A stretch of DNA of 64,000 nt, taken from assembly GCA_036505215.1 (NCBI GenBank), contig DASXTW010000046.1, positions 8,471 through 72,470 of the forward strand, in the 5' to 3' direction. The position numbers and the translations under genes are program-made. This DNA comes from Actinomycetota bacterium (GTDB lineage Bacteria; Actinomycetota; UBA4738). Under the pieces are notes generated by a model. The model was not told the origin of the DNA. It searched no databases and saw only the letters and a list, made by a program, of their open reading frames with translations. Shown one piece after another: positions 44,888 through 53,897 of the stretch (positions within the stretch are counted from its first letter, which is position 1; every line of letters starts with the position of its first letter).

Positions 44888-46330
44888 TCAGGCGTGGACC
44901 GGGGGAAGATGGTCGGCCCAGGGCCGGGCTTGCTCGAGCTGGGAGGAGATGCGGATGAGCACGTCCTCCCGCCCGTAGGGGGCGGCCACCTGCACCCCGA
45001 TGGGGAGGCCCTCGTCGTTCCAGTACAGCGGCAGGGAGATGGCCGGCTGTCCGGTTGCGTTGTACACGGGCGTGAAGGGGACGATGCTGGCGGCCCGGAA
45101 GATGGCCTGGAGTGGGTTGTCGGGCGGCTGCTGAAACTCGCCGAGGGGCGGCGGCGGCTCGGCGATGGTCGGCGAAAGCAGCAGGTCGAAGCCGCTCGCG
45201 AACCACTCCCCTATCCGGCGCGCCCCGCCCTGGAGCCACTCGACTGCTTGGAGCAGGTTCGCCCCCGTGTAGCTTCGACCCATCTCGGCAAGCGCCCAGG
45301 TGAGAGGTTCGACGTCTTCCGCGGCGATGGGTGTGCCGGTCTTCTGGCTCCAACGGTCGAGTTCCCAGGCGAACCCGCTCGCCCAGAGGGTCAGGAACTG
45401 GCTTATGTACTCCGGGTCGCTCATACCCCCTGGGGCAGAAGGCTCCACGATGTGCCCCAGCGACTCGAGGAGCCGCGCCACATGGTCGACGGCCATCAGG
45501 CAGTCGGGGTGGGTGTCGGTAGTCCCGCCGGGCGCGTCGGTGAAGAAGCCGATCCGCAGCCGATCCGGGTCCGCCCCGACCTCTTCGGCGAAGGGCCGCA
45601 CTGGCATGGGGGCAGCGTACGGATCTCCGGGCATCGGCCCGGCCACCGCGTCCAGGATCGCCGCCGAGTCCCGGACGGAGCGCGTGAGGACGTGCTGCAC
45701 GTCGAGTCCGGCCATGAGGTCGCCGAAATCGGGCCCGTAGGAGGTCCGCCCCCTGGAGGGCTTCAGGCCGAGGAGCCCGCACTCGCTGGCAGGGATTCGG
45801 ATGGAACCGCCGCCATCCGTGGCGTGCCCGACCGCGACCATCCCGGAAGCCACCGCAGCCGCCGATCCTCCGCTGGAGCCTCCCGTGGAGTGACCCGTGT
45901 TCCAGGGGTTGTGGGTGGGCCCGTACGCCTCGGGCTCCGTGGCCGGCAGGATCCCGAGCTCGGGCACGTTCGTCTTCCCCACGAACACGAATCCGGCCGC
46001 CCGAAACTTCGCGGCCAGATAGGTGTCCTCCCGTTCCACCCAGCCGCGTTCCTTCAGGAAGCGCATCCCTTCGTGGAAAGGATCCCCCGCCGTGTGGCAG
46101 ATCAAATCCTTCACCACCATCGGGACCCCTCGGAACGGCCCGTTCGGCAGGTCCCGCGACCGAGCCTGGTCCAGCGCCTGGTCGAAGAGGGAATGGATGA
46201 CCGCGTTCAGTTCTGGATTCAGCTTCTCGATGCGGACGATCGCCGCTTCGACCAGTTCGACCGGCGTGATCTGTCCCGTTCGGACGAGTTCGGCCTGGGC
46301 CATTGCATCCAGGGAGGCGAGGTCCTCCAT
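44888..46330 (-). CDS. Amidase-signature family amidase
   Basis: [12 protein letters not shown] and [12 protein letters not shown] motifs plus the Lys of the Ser-cisSer-Lys triad. Start at MEDLAS. Confidence 0.85.
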   Translation of the reverse strand: MEDLASLDAMAQAELVRTGQITPVELVEAAIVRIEKLNPELNAVIHSLFDQALDQARSRDLPNGPFRGVPMVVKDLICHTAGDPFHEGMRFLKERGWVEREDTYLAAKFRAAGFVFVGKTNVPELGILPATEPEAYGPTHNPWNTGHSTGGSSGGSAAAVASGMVAVGHATDGGGSIRIPASECGLLGLKPSRGRTSYGPDFGDLMAGLDVQHVLTRSVRDSAAILDAVAGPMPGDPYAAPMPVRPFAEEVGADPDRLRIGFFTDAPGGTTDTHPDCLMAVDHVARLLESLGHIVEPSAPGGMSDPEYISQFLTLWASGFAWELDRWSQKTGTPIAAEDVEPLTWALAEMGRSYTGANLLQAVEWLQGGARRIGEWFASGFDLLLSPTIAEPPPPLGEFQQPPDNPLQAIFRAASIVPFTPVYNATGQPAISLPLYWNDEGLPIGVQVAAPYGREDVLIRISSQLEQARPWADHLPPVHA

Positions 46331-46371
46331 CGAGGCGAAGGCTACGGTTCGCCTCTCGCGATGTAAAGTGC

Positions 46372-46387
46372 AACCTACCGATCGGTA
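46372..46387. promoter_or_regulatory. Operator candidate ACCTACCGATCGGTAA (12-bp perfect palindrome TACCGATCGGTA), site 1
   Basis: Lies in the divergent promoter between the amidase (42-57 nt from its start) and the penicillin acylase (about 20 nt from its RBS). An identical 16-mer recurs at 51022..51037. Confidence 0.6.
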
Positions 46388-46404
46388 AGGAAGATGGCAC
46401 CTCT

Positions 46405-48759
46405 TTGAGCGAGACCGACGTGTTCCGAGAGCGGGCCCGGGCCGCCCTTCCCCCGACCGAAGGGGAGCTGCGCCTGTCGGGCCTGAGCGAGCCAGTCGAG
46501 GTGCTGTGGGATCGATGGGGCGTCCCTCATGTCTTCGCACAGAGCACTCACGATCTGTTCTTCGCCCAGGGCTACATCCTGGCGTCCGAGCGACTGTTCC
46601 AGATAGAGGTCATGCTGCGGTTCGGATCGGGAAGGCTGTCCGAGATCTTCGGAGACCTCGCCCTCCCCCTCGATCGGTTCATTCGGGCCGTCGGGTGGAA
46701 TCGTGCGGCCAAGAGATTGACCGGGCAGTGGGACGACCTGTCGTGGGACATGTCCGATGCGTTCGCTGCGGGAGCGCGGGCCTGGCTGGCGCAAACGCCG
46801 GCCACGCCGGTCGAGTACGAAGTCCTCCAGCTCCATCCTTACTTCCCCGAGGGCCGGGAGGCCGCCGAGCTCGCCGCGGCGGCCTCGATCCTCCTGGCCT
46901 GGGGCCTGTCCACGAACTGGGACGCCGAGCTGCTCCGCATGGACGTGGCGGAGCATCTCGGGTGGGAGGCGATGACCACGCTCTTCCCCGAGCTCGGGCC
47001 CGAGCCGGGCGCCGTGGTGGCTGGGAAGGCCGGTGGCCCGGCCAACCGCCGGACGGCCGTCGACCTGCTCCGGGAGGCTCCCCGCTTCCCGAAGGGGCAG
47101 GGCTCGAACAACTGGGTGGTGGCGGGACGGCGGAGCGTGACCGGAAAGCCACTGCTGGCGAACGACCCTCACCTGTTCGCGCAGCTGCCCTCGATCTGGT
47201 ACGAGATCCATCTGTCCGCGCCCGGCATCGACGTGCGAGGCGTCGCCCTGCCCTTCTCCCCTGGCGTGATCATTGGCCACAACGACCAAATCGCCTGGGG
47301 ATTCACCAACGTCGGAGGCGACACCCAGGACCTGTACCTCGAGCAACTGTCGGAAGACGGCACCGCCGCGCTCTACAACGGCGTCTGGGAGCCGCTCACC
47401 GTCCACAGCGAGGAGATCTCGGTGCGAGGCCGCCCTGAGCCCGAGATCGTGGAGGCCAAGGAGACTCGTCACGGACCGCTCCTCGATTCCTACCTGATCG
47501 GCACGGGCGATCCGACCGTGATCGAGGGTGGCATCCGGGAGACCTACGCCCTGCGGTGGGTGGCATTGGAGGAGGGGCTGAAGCCATCGACGGTCTACCG
47601 CTTGAACACTGCCACGAACTTCCAGGAGTTCCGGGCGGCCGTGTCCGAGTGGGCGATGCCGGGTCAGAACATGGTGTTCGCGGATGTCGAGGGCAACATC
47701 GGGTACCAGTGCACGGGCTGGTACCCGATCCGGAAAAGGGGCGACGGGACCATTCCGGTCCCGGGCTGGACGGACGAGTGCGAGTGGCAGGGCTACGTGC
47801 CGTTCGAAGAGCTTCCTTTCGCGTATAACCCCGACGAGGGATTCCTGGCCACCGCCAACAACCGGATACACGACGACTCGTACCCGTACCTGATCGGGAA
47901 GGACTTCCTCCCGCCGTTTCGGGTTCGACGGATCGTCGAGCTGCTCACCCAAACCGAGACGCATGACATGGAGTCGTTCCGGCGGATCCATACGGACACG
48001 GTCTCGCTGCCGGCCCGCGAGATCGTCCCGCACCTCCTGGCGATCGAGCCTGCAGACGACCGGCAGAAGGAAGCTCTGGCTCTGCTCTCCGAGTGGGACT
48101 TCGACCTCCGGGCGGACTCGGCGGCAGCGGCGGTCTACGAGGTGTGGTGCTGCCGGATCGGCGACGCCATCCTGCTGCCGCGGCTCGGCGAGGAACTGCA
48201 TCGGCACTACTTCGCCCTGCGGCAATGGACGAACTCGTTCCACTATCAGGTGCTTCCGAGCCTTCTGGGCTACCCGACGGCCACGTGGTTCGGAGGCGAA
48301 GGGAAAGCTCCCAGGGACGACCTCTTGCGGAAGGCGCTGGACACTGCCCTGGACGAGCTCACCGCGGCCATGGGCGAGGACATGGGGGGCTGGACGTGGG
48401 GAGCCCTCCACCGGGTCCGATTCGCCGGGCCGCTGGCGAGAGTCTCCGACCTGACCGAGCTGTTCACGGCCGGTGAGGTGGGGTGGGGCGGCGACGAGCA
48501 GACGGTATGCCAGGGGATGTACGAGCCGGGGGATGACTACCAGGCGGTCGTCATCCCGAGCTGGCGCCAGATCATCGATCTATCCGACCTCGATGCCTCT
48601 GTGGGCACGCACACGGTCGGCCAGTCGGGCAATCCGGCCAGCCCCCACTTCAAGGATCTGTTCCCACTGTGGTCGACCGGCCAGTACCACCCACTGCCGT
48701 TCACCAGGCTTGCAGTCGAAGCCGCCACCGAGTCGCGCCTCGTCCTGCTCCCGGCATAG
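46405..48759 (+). CDS. Penicillin acylase/amidase family (Ntn hydrolase, S45)
   Basis: GSNNWVV (N-terminal nucleophile Ser of the beta subunit) and overall S45 features. Start set at TTG 46405 (RBS aaggaag), because an earlier in-frame start would overlap the divergent amidase start. Confidence 0.8.
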   Translation: MSETDVFRERARAALPPTEGELRLSGLSEPVEVLWDRWGVPHVFAQSTHDLFFAQGYILASERLFQIEVMLRFGSGRLSEIFGDLALPLDRFIRAVGWNRAAKRLTGQWDDLSWDMSDAFAAGARAWLAQTPATPVEYEVLQLHPYFPEGREAAELAAAASILLAWGLSTNWDAELLRMDVAEHLGWEAMTTLFPELGPEPGAVVAGKAGGPANRRTAVDLLREAPRFPKGQGSNNWVVAGRRSVTGKPLLANDPHLFAQLPSIWYEIHLSAPGIDVRGVALPFSPGVIIGHNDQIAWGFTNVGGDTQDLYLEQLSEDGTAALYNGVWEPLTVHSEEISVRGRPEPEIVEAKETRHGPLLDSYLIGTGDPTVIEGGIRETYALRWVALEEGLKPSTVYRLNTATNFQEFRAAVSEWAMPGQNMVFADVEGNIGYQCTGWYPIRKRGDGTIPVPGWTDECEWQGYVPFEELPFAYNPDEGFLATANNRIHDDSYPYLIGKDFLPPFRVRRIVELLTQTETHDMESFRRIHTDTVSLPAREIVPHLLAIEPADDRQKEALALLSEWDFDLRADSAAAAVYEVWCCRIGDAILLPRLGEELHRHYFALRQWTNSFHYQVLPSLLGYPTATWFGGEGKAPRDDLLRKALDTALDELTAAMGEDMGGWTWGALHRVRFAGPLARVSDLTELFTAGEVGWGGDEQTVCQGMYEPGDDYQAVVIPSWRQIIDLSDLDASVGTHTVGQSGNPASPHFKDLFPLWSTGQYHPLPFTRLAVEAATESRLVLLPA

Positions 48760-48834
48760 CCAAGCCCAGCGGTGCGTCCTTGGGGGTAAGCCTGCGCTGA
48801 TACTATGCCAAGGCTCTAGCAGGAGTTCTGTCTG

Positions 48835-49074
48835 ATGCCCAAGTCAAAGGCCAAGCGGCGCCGCTATCAGCCCCCGCCGAAAAGGAAACCGAAGCCGAGT
48901 CCGAAATGGTTCGGCGCAGCCATCCTCATCCTCATGTTCGTGGGGGTAATCGTGATCGTGCTCAACTACCTTGGCCTGATGCCGGGCACGCACAAGCAGG
49001 CGACCAACCTGTACCTGTTCGTCGGGCTCGGCTTGATCGCGCTGGGCTTCGGCGCTTCCACCCAGTGGCGCTAG
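48835..49074 (+). CDS. crgA: Cell division protein CrgA
   Basis: 79 aa. MPKSKAKRRR N-terminus and two TM helices, as in actinobacterial CrgA. RBS aggag. Confidence 0.8.
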   Translation: MPKSKAKRRRYQPPPKRKPKPSPKWFGAAILILMFVGVIVIVLNYLGLMPGTHKQATNLYLFVGLGLIALGFGASTQWR

Positions 49075-49154
49075 GACGATGCCGCTGATCTCGGGAAGCG
49101 ATTTCCACCGGCGTTTTCCACATTTGGGGAAAACCTGCCGGCGAGGGCGCTGAC

Positions 49155-49400
49155 GTGCCCGTCTACGAATACAGATGCCGGGCCTGCGGCTCCGCGGTGG
49201 AGGAGATCCAGCCGATGGGCGCGGCTCCCCCCGGCCCCTGCCCGAAGTGCGGCGGCGAGCTCAAGCGGGTCTACGGCCGGGTCGGTGTGAGGTTCGCGGG
49301 GTGGGGGTTCACGCGGAACGATTCGCTGGTCCCCCAGGACCGGCCGCGGAAAGACTTCCGCAAGCTCCGGGAGAAGGCTGAGGAGATCTCCGAGGGATAG
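49155..49400 (+). CDS. FmdB-family zinc-ribbon protein
   Basis: MPVYEYRCRACG...CPKCGG, a CxxC...CxxC zinc ribbon typical of the FmdB family. GTG start. Confidence 0.7.
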   Translation: MPVYEYRCRACGSAVEEIQPMGAAPPGPCPKCGGELKRVYGRVGVRFAGWGFTRNDSLVPQDRPRKDFRKLREKAEEISEG

Positions 49401-49405
49401 GTGCT

Positions 49406-49726
49406 TCAGTTGTTGGCCGGGTTCACCCGGGGTCGCCGGACCACGGCCATCGGCTCGCCGCAGTGCCGAGGCACCTGAATCTCTCCGAGACGAGTCACCT
49501 GGAGCTCGGTGCCGCATTCGGTGCAGACGAAGAACACGTCGAGCTCCGCAACGTCCTCGGGCTCGATCCTCTCCTTCGGCGGGCCGGAGGTGATACCTCG
49601 TAGGAAGACCAGCCCGAGCCCTGCGATCACCACGAACAGGGCAACAGCGACGAGCCACAGCAGCCAGGCAGCAATGGCCAACACATCATCAGGGTACGGC
49701 TCACGCTTGGAAACCACCGTTGACAC
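49406..49726 (-). CDS. Hypothetical small membrane protein with C-terminal Cys/His cluster
   Basis: One TM helix then CTECG...HCGEPM. Convergent with the fmdB-like gene at a 5-nt gap. Confidence 0.45.
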   Translation of the reverse strand: MSTVVSKREPYPDDVLAIAAWLLWLVAVALFVVIAGLGLVFLRGITSGPPKERIEPEDVAELDVFFVCTECGTELQVTRLGEIQVPRHCGEPMAVVRRPRVNPANN

Positions 49727-49759
49727 CCGCCGCCGCGAACAGCGGTGTTGGATGGTTCG

Positions 49760-50974
49760 CTACCCGAGACGCTCGATGATGGTGGCGTTGGCCATGCCAC
49801 CTCCCTCGCACATGGTCTGCAGGCCGTAGCGACCGCCCCTTCGTTCGAGCTCGTGCAGCATGGTGGTCATCAGCTTGGCCCCGGTCGCTCCGAGCGGGTG
49901 ACCCACTGCGATGGCCCCGCCGTTCGGATTGACGTGATCCTGGAACCAGGCTTCGGGAACCTGGAGCTCCCGCTGCCACGCCAAGACGACGGAGGCGAAC
50001 GCCTCGTTGATCTCGACCACCTCGATGTCTTCGAGGTTGAGGCCTGCCCTCTCCAGGACCCGGCGGGTCGCTGGGATGGGAGCCGTGAGCATGAGGATCG
50101 GAGAGTCACCCGCCAGCGAGAACGACAAGAACCTGGCTCGCGGGGTGAGCCTCAACTCCTCTGCCTTCTCCCGGCTGGCGATCAGAACCGCGGAGGCGCC
50201 GTCAGAGATCTGCGAGGAGTTGCCGGCCGTGACCGTCCAGCGGAGCTGGCCGGGAAACATCTGCTCGAAGCTCTCGGCCTTGAACGCGGGCTCCAGGGCG
50301 GACATCTTCTCGCGGTCCGGCTCCATGCGGATGCCTTCGTCGTGATCGAGGAGGACCTGCTCGCCGCCCTGGCCCGTCACTTTGAGAGGGAGGATCTCCC
50401 GCTTGAGGAACCCCTCCCTGGTGGCCTTGGCCGCGCGGACGTGCGAGCGGAACCCGAAGTCGTCCGAGTCCTCGCGGGTGATGTTCCATTTCGTGGCGAT
50501 GAGGTCCGCCGAGATCCCTTGAGGGACGAGCTTCCCTTCGTAGCGTGCGAACAGCTGCTGGCCGAACGGGTTGGCGCCCATCACCGAGGACCCCATCGGG
50601 ACCCGGGTCATGTTCTCCACGCCGGAGGCCACGACCAGGTCGTACGCACCGGCCATGACGCCCTGGGCCGCGAAGTGGATCGATTGCTGTGAGGACCCGC
50701 ACTGGCGATCCACCGTGGTCGAGGGGATGGTCTCGGGGAATCCCGCAGCCAGCCAGCCGTTGCGTCCGACGTTCAGAGACTGTTCCCCTACCTGCGAGAC
50801 GCACCCCGTGATGTTGTCTTCGATCTGGCCGGGGTCCACGCCGGACCGGTTCACGACCTCCTTGAGAACCTCGGCGAGCATGTCGACCGGGTGGAAGTCC
50901 TTGAGGGAGCCGTTCCGCTTGCCGATCGGCGTACGGACGGCCTCCACGATGACGGCTTCACGGATCTCAGGCAT
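49760..50974 (-). CDS. Acetyl-CoA C-acyltransferase (thiolase)
   Basis: Thiolase motifs (VDRQCGSS, GNSSQISDGA, CEGGGMANA). RBS gaggaaggag. Confidence 0.9.
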   Translation of the reverse strand: MPEIREAVIVEAVRTPIGKRNGSLKDFHPVDMLAEVLKEVVNRSGVDPGQIEDNITGCVSQVGEQSLNVGRNGWLAAGFPETIPSTTVDRQCGSSQQSIHFAAQGVMAGAYDLVVASGVENMTRVPMGSSVMGANPFGQQLFARYEGKLVPQGISADLIATKWNITREDSDDFGFRSHVRAAKATREGFLKREILPLKVTGQGGEQVLLDHDEGIRMEPDREKMSALEPAFKAESFEQMFPGQLRWTVTAGNSSQISDGASAVLIASREKAEELRLTPRARFLSFSLAGDSPILMLTAPIPATRRVLERAGLNLEDIEVVEINEAFASVVLAWQRELQVPEAWFQDHVNPNGGAIAVGHPLGATGAKLMTTMLHELERRGGRYGLQTMCEGGGMANATIIERLG

Positions 50975-51021
50975 GGGAGGGACTCCTTCCTCAGCGTTCG
51001 TTCGTCGCTACAGCGTTCATT

Positions 51022-51037
51022 ACCTACCGATCGGTAA
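51022..51037. promoter_or_regulatory. Operator candidate ACCTACCGATCGGTAA, site 2 (identical 16-mer)
   Basis: 48-63 nt upstream of the thiolase start, in the same orientation relative to its gene as site 1 is to the amidase. Confidence 0.6.
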
Positions 51038-51147
51038 CAAACGCTTCCACGACTGTATGCCCGCCGTCGAGGGTCGTCAATTTCGCCACCGCTGCGGAAG
51101 CAACGTCCAGGACTGCGGTCGGCGAATCCGTGACCAAGGAGGTGTTC

Positions 51148-52374
51148 TCAATCATCTGAGCACGGCAGAAGGCCGAACCTCTCTTTGGCTCGCAGAATCC
51201 GAAGGGCCGCCTCATCCACCCTCGCTCGGAAGGGCCCGTCGGTTCTGACGCGAGTGATGATCGCCCGAGCCATGGCCACTGCGGGACCGACTGTCTTCGA
51301 GACGATCATGTCGCCGCCGGCCGACAGGAAATCCATGGCTCGCTGTGCCGGCGGGATATCGGCCACGGCGGTGGCTTCTCCGAGGTCATCGGAAACGACC
51401 ACGCCATCGAAGTGAAGGTCGTCTCGCAACATCTGCTCGATGACGATCGGAGAGAAGACGGCGAGATGGTCCGGGTCGATGCGTGTGTAGGTAGCCAGCG
51501 CCACCATCACGAACGGCACGCCACGGTCGACGGCGTCCCGAAATGGTTCCAGGTAAGGGTCGTCGCGGGTCGTGGCTCGATCGACGACTCCGGCGGCGAA
51601 ATCCGTGTTTCCCTTCACCCTGCCCAGTCCGGGGAAGTGCTTGGCGCTGGTGGCCACACCTGCCCGGTCCATGCCTCGGAGGAAGGCCACTCCGTGGCTG
51701 CCCACCGTTGCAGGATCAGGTCCGTAGCCGCGCTGCAGCACTCCGATCGGCTGGTTCTGCGCGTCGGCGCCGGGCGGAACCACGTCCATCACCGGGGCGA
51801 AGTTCAGGTTGACCCCCGCGGCCAGGAGCTCCTCCCCCCACTCGAATGCTCGAGCCCGCAGATCCGATACGGCCATCTTTCCCTGTACCACCGCAGTCGG
51901 GATCCGTGAGAAGCCACGTCCCCGGAGGGCCTGGATCACGCCTCCCTCCTGGTTCGCTGCCACGAAGAACCGGACCTTTGCGGTAGCACCTCTGGTCGCC
52001 AGGGACTGGACGGCATCGGTCACGTCGCGGATCGCCGATGCCCCTGCTGTGGTCGTCTCGATGAAGGTGACCGAACCGAAGTGGTACCGGCGGATCTCCT
52101 CGGCCGCGCTCGGGACGAGTCGGTCGTCCTCGAGACCAACGGCAAACAGCTGGCCCACTCGCTGCGCTTCGCTCAGGCGAGCGTGGACAACCTCCGGACA
52201 CGAGAGGCCGGGCGAGAGGCTCGGCGTGGAGCTGGTCGGAGGCTCGATGGTCGGCGAGACCGTGCGAGTCATCGGGACGGTGGGAGAGGCGCTCGGCGCT
52301 GGTTGCCCGCAGGAACAGACCAGGACGAGCACGATCGACCCGGCGGTGAGGACGACCCCCCTTCCGGCGCGCAC
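51148..52374 (-). CDS. nagZ: Beta-N-acetylhexosaminidase (GH3, NagZ-like) lipoprotein
   Basis: GH3 N-terminal domain motifs (NFAPVMDV, KHFPGLG). Signal peptide with a Cys lipobox-like LVCSCG. Confidence 0.8.
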   Translation of the reverse strand: MRAGRGVVLTAGSIVLVLVCSCGQPAPSASPTVPMTRTVSPTIEPPTSSTPSLSPGLSCPEVVHARLSEAQRVGQLFAVGLEDDRLVPSAAEEIRRYHFGSVTFIETTTAGASAIRDVTDAVQSLATRGATAKVRFFVAANQEGGVIQALRGRGFSRIPTAVVQGKMAVSDLRARAFEWGEELLAAGVNLNFAPVMDVVPPGADAQNQPIGVLQRGYGPDPATVGSHGVAFLRGMDRAGVATSAKHFPGLGRVKGNTDFAAGVVDRATTRDDPYLEPFRDAVDRGVPFVMVALATYTRIDPDHLAVFSPIVIEQMLRDDLHFDGVVVSDDLGEATAVADIPPAQRAMDFLSAGGDMIVSKTVGPAVAMARAIITRVRTDGPFRARVDEAALRILRAKERFGLLPCSDD

Positions 52375-52491
52375 GTGTCAGAAGGATAGGGCCTGGATCG
52401 TTCGTGCACCGGTCCAACGGTCCCTGGCAACCTCCTGAGCACGTCAGATGTTTGCCTAGCGCCAGCAGGGGCGTCGAGCTAAGCTCCGGCC

Positions 52492-53865
52492 GTGCTCCGG
52501 CGCCGACGATCGGGGGGGGTCGCGTCGATCCTTTCGACCACGAGCGCCTTGCTCGTGCTGTCGTTGCTCCTCCCGGGCTGCGGCAAGAAGGCGGCCGCGA
52601 AGCCCACCATCGGGGGCGTTCTGGGATTCGATCAGAACGTGGCGGCCGTGGCCAACGAGCCGCTGTTCGCGCCCGACCCAGGCGTCGTGTGCGGGTCCCC
52701 CACCGAAGAATTCGGCGTCGAACTCGTCCACGTCGCTTCTCCCACCCAGGCCAAAGTCCTGAACGAGTGGGGGGAGATCGTCCCCGGGAAGCAGATGTAC
52801 CTCTCGGGCAGGGTGGCGGAGTTTGAATTCTCCACCGGCGACCTGACGTTCACCCATCCCTTCGACAAGGACATCATCACGAACATCAAGCCAGACCCCC
52901 CGTACAGGCTCCTGGCTCAACGGGTCGGTGAGAGCGCGGAGGGTGATGCCGACGGCCCGCCAAGGGGCCTGCTGCACTGGGAGCTCTCGAAGAAGCTCTT
53001 CCCCCATGACGACCACGGCTTCTACCTGCCGGGCTACGTCCCCGCGCTGGGCGATCGGATCGCCACGTACGGCCGGTGGATCGTGGACTGCGGCCACGAC
53101 GATTACCACACGGAGATCCACCCTCCGACATTCCTGGCGGTGGCGCATCCGGATCCGGACGGCGTGTGGACCGTATCTCACGCCTTCTACAACCCTTACT
53201 ACGAGACTCAGCTGTACACGCCCGATGCCGCTCTTTCGGCCGACCTCGGGAACGCGCGTCGCTTTACCGACCCCGATACTCGACCCTTTGCCTTCTATCT
53301 CACTCACCAACTGCTCAGCCTGGCTCACGTGGGCGACCCACCGCCTGGCGGGTTCATCGACCATCTCGAGGCTCACCATCTCCTCCAGGCCAACCGGGCC
53401 TCCCCCATCACCTGGTACGTGTGCGCGCCGAGCCCCAAGCCATCCAATGCGGGAGGGGTTGCTGTGAACTATCACTTCACGGTGCGCACAGGCGTGACCG
53501 TGACGGCCACGCGCAATCCGGAGACCGGCTGTGTCGCCTTCACCGTAACGATCGGGCCCAACTACACTCCGCTCAATCCCGAACGCCACGACTGCGTCGA
53601 TCCGTGGTCTGAGCTGAATCAACAGGCCGGCGCGGCCCTCGGCGACCCCACCCTCGACATCGAAAAGGTGATCGAGGAGAAGGTTCCGCCCTCGTTCGCG
53701 CCGGCGGTGAAGCGCGATCCCTCAGTGGATTGCTACGACGAGTTGACGGTGCCCCTTCCAGGGGGACCGGACCAGCGGGCCAACGTATTCACGTCGGACG
53801 AGCAGCCGTACCCGTTCTACGGTGAAGCTTCCGTTTCCTGGGGGATTGACATCGGAGCGAAATAG
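52492..53865 (+). CDS. Hypothetical lipoprotein (secreted, Cys/His-containing, unknown family)
   Basis: Lipobox LLLPGCG, 457 aa. Motifs CGHDDYHTEIHPP and HLEAHH. No recognisable domain. Confidence 0.6.
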   Translation: MLRRRRSGGVASILSTTSALLVLSLLLPGCGKKAAAKPTIGGVLGFDQNVAAVANEPLFAPDPGVVCGSPTEEFGVELVHVASPTQAKVLNEWGEIVPGKQMYLSGRVAEFEFSTGDLTFTHPFDKDIITNIKPDPPYRLLAQRVGESAEGDADGPPRGLLHWELSKKLFPHDDHGFYLPGYVPALGDRIATYGRWIVDCGHDDYHTEIHPPTFLAVAHPDPDGVWTVSHAFYNPYYETQLYTPDAALSADLGNARRFTDPDTRPFAFYLTHQLLSLAHVGDPPPGGFIDHLEAHHLLQANRASPITWYVCAPSPKPSNAGGVAVNYHFTVRTGVTVTATRNPETGCVAFTVTIGPNYTPLNPERHDCVDPWSELNQQAGAALGDPTLDIEKVIEEKVPPSFAPAVKRDPSVDCYDELTVPLPGGPDQRANVFTSDEQPYPFYGEASVSWGIDIGAK

Positions 53866-53897
53866 TAGGACTCCGGGTGGTCTGGCGAAGGCTCGAG

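Noticed and set aside
44559-46400. 613-aa ORF on the minus strand spanning the sigma factor and the amidase
   Set aside because: It is out of frame with, and overlaps, two genes that have clear motifs. It is Arg/Gly/Pro-rich shadow ORF composition.
46375-48411. 678-aa minus-strand ORF antisense to penicillin acylase
   Set aside because: It is antisense to a gene with a clear Ntn-hydrolase signature (GSNNWVV) and has no recognisable features. It is a GC-rich shadow frame.
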